This document shows positions 31,435 through 47,345 of a stretch of DNA of 64,000 nucleotides, one piece after another. Below the pieces are notes generated by a model. It was given only the letters and a program-made list of their open reading frames with translations, ran no database searches and was not told the origin of the DNA. The stretch lies in NCBI RefSeq assembly GCF_057098645.1, contig NZ_CM169472.1, one strand, 5' to 3'. The position numbers and the translations under genes are program-made. Position 1 is the stretch's first letter. Each line of letters starts with the position of its first letter.

Positions 31435-32928
31435 TCAGAACTTCTGTTTTTTCTCTTCCACCTTCACCCCTTGTGTCGGCAGGCCGGTGTCATAGTCGCG
31501 TACCACTGGCGAATAACCATCTTGTGGGCGTGGACGAAATGCCCCCATCCAGCGCGGCTGTGCATCTTTACGCCACGGACGCAGGCTCCATTGGTAACTG
31601 CGGAACGGATCGCGAATTTTGTCCATATAATCCAATAAGGCATCATGCATTTTGCTGCGAACGTCGGCAAAATGGGCATCATCGATCAGGTTATGCATTT
31701 CATTTGGATCATTACGGCGATCGTAAAGTTCATCACTGGTGAAGAGGTTGAGCACCAGTTTAAAGTCATCCGTCACCCAGCAACGCACCGGAATAAAACC
31801 GCCAAAGCTGTCATGCTCAATCTCGTAGCGGTTAAATTCCACCATCACGCCGCGTGGCTCTTTCACTGCAAGGATATTTTCCCCCGGCAGAATCTCTGGT
31901 TTTTCAATATCTGCCAGCGCCATCATTGTCGGCAGTAAATCGATATGACTGACTGGCGTATCGACCTGTCGCCGCTCCCCTTGCGGCGAACGGATGATCA
32001 GCGGAATGCGGGTGATGTCGTCATACATCGCCGCCCCTTTACTGATCAGCTTATGTGCGCCCATCATTTCGCCGTGATCGGAGGTATAAATAACCCACGT
32101 ATTTTCACGTTGCTCTGGCTTTAAGGCATTGATGACCCGTCCGATTTGGTCATCAACAAAGTCATTACAGGCAAAATAGAGCGGATGGTGATAAAGCCCG
32201 TCATCACCGACTGGCGATGGCATCGCCTGCGCCCATAAGCGGTGATGTTCTGGTTTGTTCGCCAGGTCATCCTGTGCTTTCTCGCCCAGCTCGTAGTAAA
32301 AATCAGCGTATTTCTCTAAATACTCCACCGGACAGGTGAACGGGTGATGCGGCTCATCATACGAAACCACCATCAGGAAGGGTTCCTCGGCGCGCGCGGG
32401 CTGTTGCAGAAAATCCACCGCTCGATTGCTGATGCGGTGCGCCCAGGTGAAGGTTTCGTCAATATGGTTCGCCTGTAAATCTTCGACACTGTTTAGGCCA
32501 TTGCGCCACAGGCTAATCTCTTTTTCCGTCAGTTCGCTAAGATAGTTCGCCCCATCGAACCAGTAATCAGCGTCCCACTCCGGCGGACACTCGCCAGTGC
32601 CGAAATAGTCATGACCGTCGAGATGCCATTTGCCGATGTAACAGGTGTGATAGCCGGCATCCTTAAAGTAGCGCCCCATAGTGGAGATGTTTTTACCCGG
32701 CGCGACGTTGTTGGTCCACGGCCCGGACTGGTTAGCGTAGATACCGGTAAACAGCCCGGCGCGCGCCGGTGTACAAACCGGTGAACAGGTGTAGGCGGAA
32801 TTAAAGCGAATACCTTCCGCCGCCAGACTATCAATATTTTGCGTATTCAGCGGTTTACCGCTATAGCAACCGACCATATTGGGGGCCTGGGTATCGGTCA
32901 TGATGAACAGAAAATTGGGGCGTTTCAT
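31435..32928 (-). CDS. yidJ: putative sulfatase YidJ
   Basis: 497 aa ORF with sulfatase N-terminal motif (C-x-P-x-R: YTCSPVCTPARAGLFTG). Confidence 0.9.
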   Translation of the reverse strand: MKRPNFLFIMTDTQAPNMVGCYSGKPLNTQNIDSLAAEGIRFNSAYTCSPVCTPARAGLFTGIYANQSGPWTNNVAPGKNISTMGRYFKDAGYHTCYIGKWHLDGHDYFGTGECPPEWDADYWFDGANYLSELTEKEISLWRNGLNSVEDLQANHIDETFTWAHRISNRAVDFLQQPARAEEPFLMVVSYDEPHHPFTCPVEYLEKYADFYYELGEKAQDDLANKPEHHRLWAQAMPSPVGDDGLYHHPLYFACNDFVDDQIGRVINALKPEQRENTWVIYTSDHGEMMGAHKLISKGAAMYDDITRIPLIIRSPQGERRQVDTPVSHIDLLPTMMALADIEKPEILPGENILAVKEPRGVMVEFNRYEIEHDSFGGFIPVRCWVTDDFKLVLNLFTSDELYDRRNDPNEMHNLIDDAHFADVRSKMHDALLDYMDKIRDPFRSYQWSLRPWRKDAQPRWMGAFRPRPQDGYSPVVRDYDTGLPTQGVKVEEKKQKF

Positions 32929-34640
32929 AGGCTATCCTTCGCGTCGGGAGTAAAGGTTACGGCTGGGTCGTGACGATGCCGCCAGCTGTCAAAAATCAGG
33001 TAGACAATCACTACGGCGGCAATGAAATAACTGATCATCGCTAACCAGCGCGTACCGTAGCCGCCGAATTCAGCCAGCCCGGCATAGACGCCAATCATCG
33101 CGAACAGGATGCCAATTGACGCGATCTTGACGTTTTTCCACGGTTTCATGTCCACCGCAAACGCATCTTTGAAGGTGAACGGCGTGGCGCGCGGTTTGAT
33201 AAAACCGATCACCAGCATCACGACCACGTTGATGCAGAACGTACAGGCCAGCACATAGAGGAAATGGAAGTCGAACTTCACCAGATAGTTGATGGTGATG
33301 TAGCTGATTATGCCAATCCCCATCGCCACTTTTGCCGCCAGCGCCGGGATGCGCGGGAAGAAAAAGCCCATAATGATGATGGTAACCAGCGGCACGTTGT
33401 AAATGCCGTTGAGCTGTTTCATCCAGCTATACAGCCCCTGCGGCGCGTTGGCGATCCACGGCGCTACCAGCACCGAAACGATAGCGATAAAGAAACCAAA
33501 TTTGCGCCCGACGGTGACCAGCTGCTGCGGCTCGGCATTCTGGTTAATGATGCGACGGTAAATACCCATACTGAATAACGTACTGGCGCTATTCAGAAAG
33601 CCGTTGAAGGTACTGATCACTGCACCAAATAACACCGCGCCGAAGAAACCCACCAGTGGCACTGGCAGAACGTTATTGACCAGCGTCGGGTAGGCCATGT
33701 CGGCTTTCGGTAGATCCTGATACAGATGAAACGCAATCAACCCTGGCAGCACCAGTACCAGCGGGTCGAGCATTTTCAGCACCGCCGTTAACAGCGCCCC
33801 CTTTTGCCCTTCCGCCAGGCTTTTTGACGCCAGCGTGCGTTGCACGATGCCCTGATTTGTACACCAGTAAAAGGTGTTCACCAGAATTAAACCGGTAAAT
33901 GCCGCGCCAATCGGCAAGGGATCGGTCGGGCCACCGACTGAGTTTAATTTCTCGGCGTGAACGGTGGTAATTTGCTCAATGCCCTGCATAAAGCTGCCCT
34001 TGCCCATCGCGATCAAGCCAAATACCGGCACCATCAACCCGCCGATAACCAGCCCAATACCGTTGATGGAGTCCGCCACTGCCATTGCGCGCAGTCCGCC
34101 GATCACCGCATACAAAATTCCCGCCAGACCAAGCAAAATTACCAGTAGCCAGATAGCCGCACCGTGAGAAATCTGTAGCGATTCCCCGACGTGAAACAGG
34201 CTGTTGAGCGCCAACGCGCCGGAGTAGAGAACAATCGGCAGAAAGCAGACGCCGGTGGCAATGAGGAAGCAGAAGTCGATGATAATACGCGTCGTTTTAT
34301 CATAACGTTCCTCCAGAAAATCGGGGATGGTGGCAATGCCGCGCTTCAGATAGCGCGGTAAAAAGATTAGCGCGAGGAAGATCAGCGTCACCGCTGAAGT
34401 CACTTCCCAGCCCATCACCGACATGCCGCTTTTGTAGGCCTGCCCGGAAAGACCAACCAGTTGTTCCGTGGAAAGGTTGGTTAACATTAACGAAGCGGCA
34501 ATAACCGGCGCTTTTAGTGAACGTCCGGCAAGAAAATAGCCTTGTTGCGATCCGGTATCTGTTTTGCGAACCTTCCACCAGGTGATGATCGCCACCAGCA
34601 GCGTAAAACCGACAAAACTCAAGATTTGTAACGAATTCAT
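32925..34640 (-). CDS. yidK: sodium:solute symporter family transporter YidK
   Basis: 571 aa polytopic SSS-family ORF, translationally coupled to yidJ. Confidence 0.9.
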   Translation of the reverse strand: MNSLQILSFVGFTLLVAIITWWKVRKTDTGSQQGYFLAGRSLKAPVIAASLMLTNLSTEQLVGLSGQAYKSGMSVMGWEVTSAVTLIFLALIFLPRYLKRGIATIPDFLEERYDKTTRIIIDFCFLIATGVCFLPIVLYSGALALNSLFHVGESLQISHGAAIWLLVILLGLAGILYAVIGGLRAMAVADSINGIGLVIGGLMVPVFGLIAMGKGSFMQGIEQITTVHAEKLNSVGGPTDPLPIGAAFTGLILVNTFYWCTNQGIVQRTLASKSLAEGQKGALLTAVLKMLDPLVLVLPGLIAFHLYQDLPKADMAYPTLVNNVLPVPLVGFFGAVLFGAVISTFNGFLNSASTLFSMGIYRRIINQNAEPQQLVTVGRKFGFFIAIVSVLVAPWIANAPQGLYSWMKQLNGIYNVPLVTIIIMGFFFPRIPALAAKVAMGIGIISYITINYLVKFDFHFLYVLACTFCINVVVMLVIGFIKPRATPFTFKDAFAVDMKPWKNVKIASIGILFAMIGVYAGLAEFGGYGTRWLAMISYFIAAVVIVYLIFDSWRHRHDPAVTFTPDAKDSL

Positions 34641-34806
34641 CTCATAGCCCTTATTTATGTTTATGTCCCGGACGCATGAATATAGGGAGAGGTAAAATGC
34701 GTCGGGTCAGGCAGTCAGATTCTTAAAATACAAACGTCGTATCCCTGAACGGATTGTTTTCTGTTAAGTTCAGGTTGTGAGCATAATTCGCCGGAGGGAT
34801 ATTAAA

Positions 34807-38635
<3,829 letters not shown>

Positions 38636-38930
38636 TTCCACATCCTCTTTTCTCAATTCTGTAAGTAGGAAGCCTGATTGGTTATGCGGCAGGCCTGGAG
38701 CGAGGATAGGAAGATGCGATCGGCAGAACATGACGACCCAATGGGATTCGTGATCGCTTTCATGCTTTTCGTTGGGCGGTAGAGATCTACGTTTTCGCGA
38801 AAAAGTAGACATCTGTGAGCACTGGTACACAGCATCGAACACATCTTTAAAAAAAAGATGTTTTTTCAATCGATTAAGCAGAACTTGTGGGCGCATTACC
38901 CGGGCTTGCAGGCAAAAAAGAGATCTAGAG

Positions 38931-39647
38931 ATGATCTACAAAAGCATTGCGGAGCGGTTAAGAATTCGACTTAATTCCGCAGATTTCACGCTAAACAGCC
39001 TTCTTCCCGGTGAAAAAAAGTTGGCGGAAGAATTTGCGGTATCGCGGATGACCATCCGTAAAGCGATTGACCTGCTGGTAGCGTGGGGGTTGGTGGTCCG
39101 CCGCCACGGCAGCGGCACTTACCTGGTGCGCAAAGATGTACTGCATCAAACCGCCAGCCTGACCGGGCTGGTGGAGGTGTTAAAACGGCAGGGAAAAACA
39201 GTCACCAGCCAGGTGCTGATTTTTGAAATCATGCCTGCGCCTCCGGCCATTGCCAGCCAGTTACGGATTCAAATCAACGAGCAGATCTACTTCTCCCGTC
39301 GCGTTCGTTTTGTGGAAGGGAAACCGCTGATGCTGGAAGACAGCTATATGCCGGTAAAACTGTTCCGTAACCTTTCGCTGCAACATCTGGAAGGGTCGAA
39401 GTTTGAATATATTGAACAAGAGTGCGGGATTTTGATTGGCGGTAATTATGAAAGCCTGACGCCGGTGCTCGCCGATAGACTGCTGGCGCGGCAAATGAAG
39501 GTAGCGGAACACACGCCACTGCTGCGGATCACCTCGTTGTCATATAGCGAGAGCGGGGAGTTTTTGAATTATTCAGTGATGTTCAGAAATGCCAGCGAAT
39601 ACCAGGTGGAGTACCATTTACGGCGACTCCACCCGGACAAGAGTTAA
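38931..39647 (+). CDS. yidP: GntR-family transcriptional regulator YidP
   Basis: 238 aa from [10 protein letters not shown]...; N-terminal GntR HTH, UTRA-like C-terminus. Confidence 0.88.
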
Positions 39648-41305
39648 CCGATACTCCAGAAGAGCACCGCCAGTAATTGGGGGGTGATAATGCGCAGGAA
39701 CATCACTAACGGATAGACAGTGGCGTAAGAGAGCGCCGCCGCACCGCTAGTTGGATGAAGATTATTAGCAAACGCCAGCGCCGGAGGATCGGTCATGGAA
39801 CCTGCCAGCATCCCGCACATGGTCAGGTAATTCATTTTGGCTAACATCCGCGCCAGAATGCCAACAGTAATCAGCGGAACGGCGGTGATCAGGGCACCAT
39901 AACCAATCCAGCTTAGCCCTTCGCCATTGACCAGGGTATTCACAAAATCCCCACCAGATTTCAGACCAACGACCGAGAGGAACAGCACGATCCCCAGCTC
40001 CCGCAGCGCGAGGTTGGCACTTGGCGGCATAAACCAGTACAGCTTGCCGATACTGCCGATACGCCCGAGGATCAACGCCATAATCAGCGGACCGCCCGCC
40101 AGCCCCAGTTTCAACGCGGCCGGGAATCCCGGCACAAAGACGGGAATAGAACCTAACAATACGCCAAGCCCGATGCCAATAAACACAGGCAGCATCTGAA
40201 CCTGTTGCAGTTTTTGCTGCGCATTCCCCAGCACATTGGCAACGGCATCAATTGCGGACGGACGCCCCACCAGGTTGAGGATATCGCCGAACTGCAGGCT
40301 GATATCGCCACTGGCGACCAGTTCGACCCCGGCACGGTTCAGGCGCGAGATAACAACGTCATAGCGTTCTTTAAAATGCAGGTCGCGAATACGCTTACCA
40401 AGCACGTTTTCATTGGTGACCACCACACGCTCGACGCGCAAATCAGTGCCTTTCGTGGACAGCGAAGTATCGACCTCCTGACCAATCACCAGTTGCGCAT
40501 TATGTAAATCCGCTGGCTGACCCACCAGATGCAGCAAATCGCCCAGTTGGATAATGGTATCTGGCGAAGGAACTTTTAGGGTTTCTTCGCGTTTCAGACG
40601 CGAGCAGATAATTTTGTCGCCGTTGAGAATCGGTACATCTTTAATGGCTAAATCATGCAGGTTAGGGTTCTCAACGCGAATATTGATAGTCCTGATCAGC
40701 GCGCCGCCATTGGTGCGTGAAGACTCGTGCTGCTGGGCTTCTGTCTCGACATTGACGCGGAAAATAACCCGCAACATCCACATGGTGAACAAAATCCCGC
40801 AAATGCCGAATGGATACGCCATCGCGTAACTCATCCCCATCTGATCGACCATTTCCATTGGTGTACCCAGGTCGCGCAAGATCTGCTGCCCTGCCCCCAG
40901 CGCTGGCGTATTGGTAACCGCACCGGAGAAAATCCCCAGCACTACCGGCAGTGGAATATCAAACAGTTTATGCAGGATGGCGGTAACCAGACCACCGATG
41001 ATGACGATCAGAACAGCAAACAGGTTGAGGCGTAATCCGGAGACGCGCAATGAGGCAAAGAAGCCCGGCCCTACCTGAATCCCGATAGTATAAACGAACA
41101 GGATCAGGCCAAATTCCTGAATAACATGCAGCATATCGCTACTTAATGTCATCCCCGCCTGAGAAACAAAATGGCCGACGATGATCCCACCAAACAGCAC
41201 GCCGCCAATACCTAATCCTATGCCGCGAAATTTGACGTTGCCGATAAACAAACCGACGACTGCCACCAAAGCCAGAATACTGACCGTTAATGCTATATCA
41301 CTCAT
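39644..41305 (-). CDS. yidE: putative transporter YidE (AAE family, two TrkA-C domains)
   Basis: 553 aa from [16 protein letters not shown]... Confidence 0.9.
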
Positions 41306-41455
41306 CGTCCATTTCTCTTGAGATAACATTTTAATTGCTACGGATTATGGCTGAATCGGTGAAGCAGATTTGCCTTATAGCGCACATTATCACGGGAAAG
41401 AACGTGCCGAAATATCTTAAACAGTCGAAATTTAACGCATTGTTGAAGAAGAAAG

Positions 41456-41485
41456 ACAAAAAAAGCCCCACCAGAATGGCGGGGC
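41456..41485 (-). terminator. rho-independent terminator downstream of ibpB
   Basis: Minus-strand hairpin GCCCCGCCATTCTGGTGGGGC followed by a T-run. Confidence 0.7.
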
Positions 41486-41500
41486 AAAGAGAATAGCTAG

Positions 41501-41929
41501 TTAGCTATTTAACGCGGGACGTTCGCTGATAGCGATACGCTGCGCTGCGATGGGTTCAGGCTCATTACGAATTAAATCAATATGCAGTAAACCGTTTACG
41601 AAGGTTGCGCCAGAGACTTCCATATTTTCAGCCAGCGTAAAGCTCAGGCTAAATGGCTGATTCATAAGCCCTTGATGCAGCCATTTTTTCTCTTCTTTTG
41701 GCTGCTCCGGCGTGCCTTTTACACTCAGACGCGTACCTTCCAGTTGAATCTCTAAATCTTCCTGACGGAAACCTGCCAGCGCAAGGGTAATGCGGTAGTG
41801 GTTATCGTCGCTTTTCTCAATGTTGTACGGCGGGAAGCTCTGGCTTTCACCGGCGTTTTGCAGTGCGTTGGCCAGTTTGTCAAAACCGATCCATTGACGC
41901 ATCAGTGGGGATAAATCGAAGTTAGGCAT
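41501..41929 (-). CDS. ibpB: small heat shock protein IbpB
   Basis: 142 aa alpha-crystallin-domain protein (…[22 protein letters not shown]...). Confidence 0.95.
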   Translation of the reverse strand: MPNFDLSPLMRQWIGFDKLANALQNAGESQSFPPYNIEKSDDNHYRITLALAGFRQEDLEIQLEGTRLSVKGTPEQPKEEKKWLHQGLMNQPFSLSFTLAENMEVSGATFVNGLLHIDLIRNEPEPIAAQRIAISERPALNS

Positions 41930-42040
41930 AGTCATTTCTCCTTCTAAGAAGCGAGTAAGTACCTGCAAATCCGAAGATTCGCATATGCTCCCTGACGGCG
42001 AGCATGGAGATGTCAGGCCGCGCCAGGCGGCCTTAGGGAA

Positions 42041-42454
42041 TTAGTTGATTTCGATACGGCGCGGTTTTTTCGCTTCCGGAATCACGCGTTCGAGATCGAT
42101 ATACAGCAAACCATTTACCAGGTTAGCACCACGAACATGAATGTTCTCAGCTAACTGGAATTTGCGTTCAAAGTTGCGTTCAGCGATGCCCTGGTACAGA
42201 TAGGTGCGCTCTTTTTGTTCGTCGGCGTGAGCACCTTTCACCACCAGCAGATTATCCTGGGCGGTAATTTCCAGTTCGCTCTCAGCAAAACCAGCCACAG
42301 CGATAGCAATGCGGTAATGGTTTTCGTCTACCAGTTCAACGTTATACGGAGGGTAGCCGCCATTACTCTGGCTCTGGTTGTTTTCTAAGTGGTTAAACAA
42401 ACGGTCAAATCCAATAGCAGAACGGTAAAGCGGGGATAAATCAAAGTTACGCAT
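42041..42454 (-). CDS. ibpA: small heat shock protein IbpA
   Basis: 137 aa [40 protein letters not shown]... Confidence 0.95.
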
Positions 42455-42549
42455 AATCAATAGCTCCTGAAATCAGCGAGAATGTAAGACCTTCCACAAT
42501 GGACAGGTCAGGTAGCCAGAACACCCATCAGGCGCGTCCTCATCGGCTA

Positions 42550-42595
42550 CGATGTAAAAATGGGTCTGGAAATGAACTTTTCAAGCCTTATCAGC
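42550..42595 (-). promoter_or_regulatory. sigma-32 heat-shock promoter of ibpAB
   Basis: Minus strand reads CTTGAAAAGTTCATTTCCAGACCCATTTTTA, matching TTGAAA-N(13-15)-CCCCATNT. Confidence 0.75.
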
Positions 42596-42759
42596 GGACT
42601 TTTTTTTGCAGTTTATGGTCTATTGCATAGACTGAGGGGGCAGCACGAAACGTTAAAGTGCGATTGCCGCCACAGAGCGACGTAATGATGATGTTATTTT
42701 CAGCAAGGGATCGCTATAACTCATCAGGCCAACACCCACGATCAACAGATGAATTTATT

Positions 42760-43092
42760 ATGATAAGAAATGTGTTGTTAGCGTTCATGATATGCAGCGG
42801 AATGGCATTACTCGGAGGATGCTCCAGCGTGATGTCCCATACCGGAGGGAAAGAAGGAACGTATCCCGGCACCCGCGCCAGCGCCACCATGATTGGCGAT
42901 GATGAAACCAACTGGGGCACTAAGTCGCTGGCGATTCTCGATATGCCGTTTACCGCTGTGATGGACACGCTTTTATTACCGTGGGATGTGTTCCGCAAAG
43001 ACAGCTCGGTGCGCTCACGCGTTGAAAAAAGCGAAGCCAACGCGCAAGCCACCAATGCGGTTATTCCACCGGCCAGAATGCCTGATAACTGA
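42760..43092 (+). CDS. yidQ: lipoprotein YidQ
   Basis: 110 aa from MIRNVLLAFMICSGMALLGGCSS (lipobox). Confidence 0.85.
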   Translation: MIRNVLLAFMICSGMALLGGCSSVMSHTGGKEGTYPGTRASATMIGDDETNWGTKSLAILDMPFTAVMDTLLLPWDVFRKDSSVRSRVEKSEANAQATNAVIPPARMPDN

Positions 43093-43093
43093 T

Positions 43094-44326
43094 TTAGCGA
43101 TCAGTTTCGGTGATCCACAGCTGGCCGCCTTCCATCCACGCCAGCCACTGACCATCCGGCGAGAAGACCACGGCGTCCGCAGAAGGTGGATTGGCGTGGT
43201 TTTCGGTTAAATACTCAACCTCGCCGCTTTGCGCATGGGCACAAGCAATTCGATTACCCAGCACAAAGCCCAACCATTCTCCTGACGGATGCCAGTTAAA
43301 TGCAGACTGAATATCCGTTTTGTTATGGGTTAACTGGCGCGGCTCGCCGCCCTGTGGCGAGATAAGCCACAGTTGCACAATGCCGTTATCATCTCGCATT
43401 AAAAACGCGATTTGCGTACCCTGCGGATTACAGCGCACCCAGTGGCGCGGGACGTTGACTAACCCCGGATAAGCCCGATGGTGGGTAAAGGTTAAACGTC
43501 GCTGCACGACGCCACGCGGTGGCGCGGGCAGGGTTGTTTCCGTTCCACTTAACGGCGCATCACCTGCTGCTTTCCAGCCAGCTTCATCTTGCGGTAACTC
43601 AACGATAAACAGCTCCGGCACTTTCTCGCCCTTTGGCGAAAGCGTATCGCCAATAAACGCCAGCGCGTGATTTCCTACCCATCCTTCTTCATAAGCACGA
43701 TTGATTTCATCGCTGCCAGGCTGCGGCGTGGGCGTTGTTTTACTCACCAGTGCGCACCAGTGGCTACCGCTGTATTCACGCGGATGCTGCTTTTGTACGT
43801 TGACCGGGCCAAACGGTGCAGCAACCCCGACGTTTCGCAAATCCAGCGCCGGGCTGCGTTCATGCATTACATGGTCGTTATAGGTAAAGCTCACCATTTC
43901 ACCGTTCGGGCTAAAGACATGCACATGGCTGCCGCCGCGCAGCGCTCCTGGGGTGTACGGTGCAGTAATATCCATTGCATCGAGATTGCTCACCTTGCCG
44001 CCTTCAGCAATGACTCCGCGCCGATGATGGAAATCGTAATACCATGTTTCATCAGGATTTTCCGGGCCGTGAATGAAGACATATTTTTCTGACTTCGGAT
44101 GAACGGTCACCACGCCGACGTGTGCGCCCTGTGACGCGCGATAGATAACCTCGACCTCTCCAGTATGGATATTCACACGCTCAATGGTCTCGCCGGTAAA
44201 CGACGCCCCAGAAGGACGCACGTCAAATACCAGCCACTGGCTGTCGGGCGTCCAGGTATTGGTATTGGTGAGCAGGTGATTACGGGGAGCAAAGGTTATC
44301 TGTTTCATGGCGTGGTCCTGATACAA
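43094..44326 (-). CDS. yidR: DUF3748 beta-propeller protein YidR
   Basis: 410 aa ORF in the conserved position between yidQ and cbrA. Confidence 0.85.
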   Translation of the reverse strand: MYQDHAMKQITFAPRNHLLTNTNTWTPDSQWLVFDVRPSGASFTGETIERVNIHTGEVEVIYRASQGAHVGVVTVHPKSEKYVFIHGPENPDETWYYDFHHRRGVIAEGGKVSNLDAMDITAPYTPGALRGGSHVHVFSPNGEMVSFTYNDHVMHERSPALDLRNVGVAAPFGPVNVQKQHPREYSGSHWCALVSKTTPTPQPGSDEINRAYEEGWVGNHALAFIGDTLSPKGEKVPELFIVELPQDEAGWKAAGDAPLSGTETTLPAPPRGVVQRRLTFTHHRAYPGLVNVPRHWVRCNPQGTQIAFLMRDDNGIVQLWLISPQGGEPRQLTHNKTDIQSAFNWHPSGEWLGFVLGNRIACAHAQSGEVEYLTENHANPPSADAVVFSPDGQWLAWMEGGQLWITETDR

Positions 44327-44408
44327 AACGGTTCACGCCATCATACTTCACAAGGACTTCACTTTCAGACAATAGTCTTTTGCCATCGTGATGAATGTGA
44401 GTGAAAAG

Positions 44409-45509
44409 ATGGAACATTTCGACGTGGCGATTATTGGCCTCGGCCCGGCAGGGTCGGCGTTGGCGCGAAAGTTAGCAGGCAAAATGCAGGTGATCGCGCT
44501 GGATAAAAAGCACCAGTGTGGTACTGAAGGTTTCAGCAAACCCTGCGGCGGTCTGCTGGCACCGGACGCGCAGCGATCTTTTATTCGCGATGGACTGACG
44601 CTTCCTGTCGATGTGATCGCCAACCCGCAGATTTTCAGCGTCAAAACCGTCGACGTCGCCGCATCGCTCACGCGTAACTACCAGCGAAGCTATATCAATA
44701 TTAATCGCCATGCTTTCGACTTGTGGATGAAATCGCTGATCCCCGCCAGCGTTGAGGTTTATCACGACAGCCTGTGTCGAAAAATCTGGCGTGAGGATGA
44801 TAAATGGCATGTCATTTTTCGTGCAGACGGTTGGGAGCAGCATATTACCGCCCGCTATCTGGTCGGTGCCGATGGCGCAAACTCGATGGTGCGGCGACAT
44901 CTCTACCCGGATCATCAAATCCGTAAATATGTCGCTATCCAGCAGTGGTTCGCAGAGAAACATCCTGTGCCGTTCTACTCCTGCATCTTTGATAATGCGA
45001 TAACTGACTGTTACTCATGGAGTATCAGCAAAGACGGTTATTTTATCTTTGGCGGTGCCTATCCCATGAAAGACGGTCAGACGCGTTTCACGATGCTGAA
45101 AGAGAAAATGAGCGCCTTTCAGTTCCAGTTTGGTAAGGCGGTGAAAAGCGAAAAATGCACGGTGCTGTTTCCCTCGCGCTGGCAGGATTTTGTCTGCGGT
45201 AAGGACAACGCCTTTCTGATTGGTGAAGCGGCGGGATTTATCAGCGCCAGCTCGCTGGAGGGGATTAGCTATGCGCTGGATAGCGCAGAGATTCTGCGTG
45301 CGGTGTTCCTGAAACAGCCGGAGAAGAGCAACGCCGCTTACTGGCGCGCCACCCGCAAACTGCGTTTAAAACTCTTCGGCAAGATAGTAAAAAGCCGATG
45401 CCTGACCGCACCGGCTTTAAGAAAGTGGATTATGCGCAGTGGTGTGGCGCATATTCCACAGTTGAAAGATTATCCAACGTGCTTCACATCGCCCACCAGC
45501 AGGATGTAA
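44409..45509 (+). CDS. cbrA: FAD-binding oxidoreductase CbrA (colicin E2 tolerance protein)
   Basis: Starts [24 protein letters not shown] (FAD-binding GxGxxG). Confidence 0.9.
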   Translation: MEHFDVAIIGLGPAGSALARKLAGKMQVIALDKKHQCGTEGFSKPCGGLLAPDAQRSFIRDGLTLPVDVIANPQIFSVKTVDVAASLTRNYQRSYININRHAFDLWMKSLIPASVEVYHDSLCRKIWREDDKWHVIFRADGWEQHITARYLVGADGANSMVRRHLYPDHQIRKYVAIQQWFAEKHPVPFYSCIFDNAITDCYSWSISKDGYFIFGGAYPMKDGQTRFTMLKEKMSAFQFQFGKAVKSEKCTVLFPSRWQDFVCGKDNAFLIGEAAGFISASSLEGISYALDSAEILRAVFLKQPEKSNAAYWRATRKLRLKLFGKIVKSRCLTAPALRKWIMRSGVAHIPQLKDYPTCFTSPTSRM

Positions 45510-45585
45510 GAGAGCGCGCCAATCAACGCGACGGCGGAGATATAAACCAGTGCCGGGGCGAACCCATAGCCTTGCAACAGATATT
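45471..45585 (-). pseudogene. dgoT: short 3' remnant of an MFS transporter gene, possibly dgoT
   Basis: Minus-strand frame encodes ...[37 protein letters not shown], a terminal TM helix with no upstream gene body; it sits where dgoT would end, convergent with cbrA. Confidence 0.4.
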
Positions 45586-45718
45586 AGTCCACAAAAAAAC
45601 ACCTCATAAGAAAAGGTCTTATATCGGGCAGAAATCTGAAAAGGGATATCAGGCGCTAATCAGGAGGGAAAGAAGAGTATGCTTTCAACGGCTTAGCTAC
45701 TCGTTTAAAGGATTAATC

Positions 45719-46375
45719 ATGAAGTTGAATTTTAAGGGATTTTTTAAGGCTGCCGGTATGTGTTCTTTGGCAGTTTCGTTGACCGGATGTATCACCTGGG
45801 GCTTGGTTTCCAATACTGCAAGCCGTCCACATGCCGAGCAATGGCGGTCAGACACGATTAAGGGTTTATCGCTGGCAGAGGATAGTAACGGTACGAAAGG
45901 CTATGTTTTTGTTGGTGAATCGTTGGACTATCTGTTGACCACCGGCGGCGGTGAGGTGGTTAAAATGCTGAACGATCCGGCAATTCATGGTGAAAGAATC
46001 ACCGTTTCTGATAACGCGAAATTTATTTTAAGCAGCAGTAATAAGAATTTCTCTGGTGCTATTACGCTCTATTACGACTGGAACAACGAAGAAGATAAGG
46101 CACTGGCAACACAATATGGTTTTATTTGTGATACCCGGCGTTGTACATGGATGCTGGACGGCCTGAAAGGCTCTATCCACCAGAAAAATAAAAAAGCGGA
46201 TTACTCAAACGTGATGGTTTTCCATCAACCCTTTACGGTGGGATTTTATGAGTACAAAGCATCAGATGGCGTTCCGCGCGGCCTCGTTAATGCGCTGCTA
46301 CCAGTCACTCTTACGCTGGATATAGTAACGTCACCACTCCAGTTCCTGATTTTATGCACTACCAGAAATTGTTAA
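45719..46375 (+). CDS. yidX: lipoprotein YidX
   Basis: 218 aa from [24 protein letters not shown] (lipobox). Confidence 0.85.
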   Translation: MKLNFKGFFKAAGMCSLAVSLTGCITWGLVSNTASRPHAEQWRSDTIKGLSLAEDSNGTKGYVFVGESLDYLLTTGGGEVVKMLNDPAIHGERITVSDNAKFILSSSNKNFSGAITLYYDWNNEEDKALATQYGFICDTRRCTWMLDGLKGSIHQKNKKADYSNVMVFHQPFTVGFYEYKASDGVPRGLVNALLPVTLTLDIVTSPLQFLILCTTRNC

Positions 46376-46418
46376 TCGCTGCGGGCAAACGCGTTCATGC
46401 CGTTTGCCCGCCCACAGA

Positions 46419-47231
46419 TTAATTCAGCACATACTTCTCAATAGCAAACGCCACGCCATCTTCAAGGTTGGATTTGGTGACAAAGTTCGCCACTTCCTTC
46501 ACCGAAGGAATAGCGTTATCCATCGCCACACCGACGCCTGCATATTCAATCATTGCGATGTCGTTTTCCTGATCGCCAATCGCCATGATTTCTTCCGGTT
46601 TAATACCTAACACGTCGGCCAGTGATTTCACACCCGTACCCTTGTTAACGCGTTTATCGAGGATTTCGAGGAAGTACGGCGCACTTTTCAGCACGGTATA
46701 TTTCTCTTTCACTTCCTGCGGAATACGCGCGATAGCCTGGTCGAGGATGGCGGGTTCATCAATCATCATCACTTTCAGGAACTGGGTATTGGGGTCCATT
46801 TTCTCCGCTTCGCAGAACACCAGCGGAATGGTGGCAACGAAGGATTCATGCACCGTGTAGTAGCTGATATCACGGTTGGCGGTGTACAGCGTGGTGCGGT
46901 CCAGTGCGTGGAAATGAGAACCGACTTCGCGAGAGAGTTTTTCCAGGAAACGGTAGTCGTCATAGCTGAGAGCGGTTTGCGCCACAGTGCTACCATCAGC
47001 GGCCTTCTGTACCAGCGCGCCGTTATAAGTAATGCAGTAGTCGCCCGGCTGTTCCATATGCAGCTCTTTCAGGTAATTGTGAACACCTGCATAAGGGCGA
47101 CCCGTCGTTAGCACGACATTCACGCCACGGGCGCGAGCTGCGGCAATCGCATTTTTAACGGCGGGTGAAATGGTGTGATCGGGCAGCAGAAGGGTGCCAT
47201 CCATATCGATAGCAATGAGTTTGATAGCCAT
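46419..47231 (-). CDS. yidA: HAD-family sugar phosphatase YidA (Cof-type)
   Basis: 270 aa MAIKLIAIDMDGTLL... (HAD motif I DxDGT). Confidence 0.93.
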   Translation of the reverse strand: MAIKLIAIDMDGTLLLPDHTISPAVKNAIAAARARGVNVVLTTGRPYAGVHNYLKELHMEQPGDYCITYNGALVQKAADGSTVAQTALSYDDYRFLEKLSREVGSHFHALDRTTLYTANRDISYYTVHESFVATIPLVFCEAEKMDPNTQFLKVMMIDEPAILDQAIARIPQEVKEKYTVLKSAPYFLEILDKRVNKGTGVKSLADVLGIKPEEIMAIGDQENDIAMIEYAGVGVAMDNAIPSVKEVANFVTKSNLEDGVAFAIEKYVLN

Positions 47232-47345
47232 GAGTTCCCCAGGTAGATTGGTTCCTGACCCATGCTAACGCGATTCCGCTCAAAAATCAGTACAACACCC
47301 GAGGGAAAAGGGGGATGCAACGCGGGTTGCATGCTCCCCATTTGC

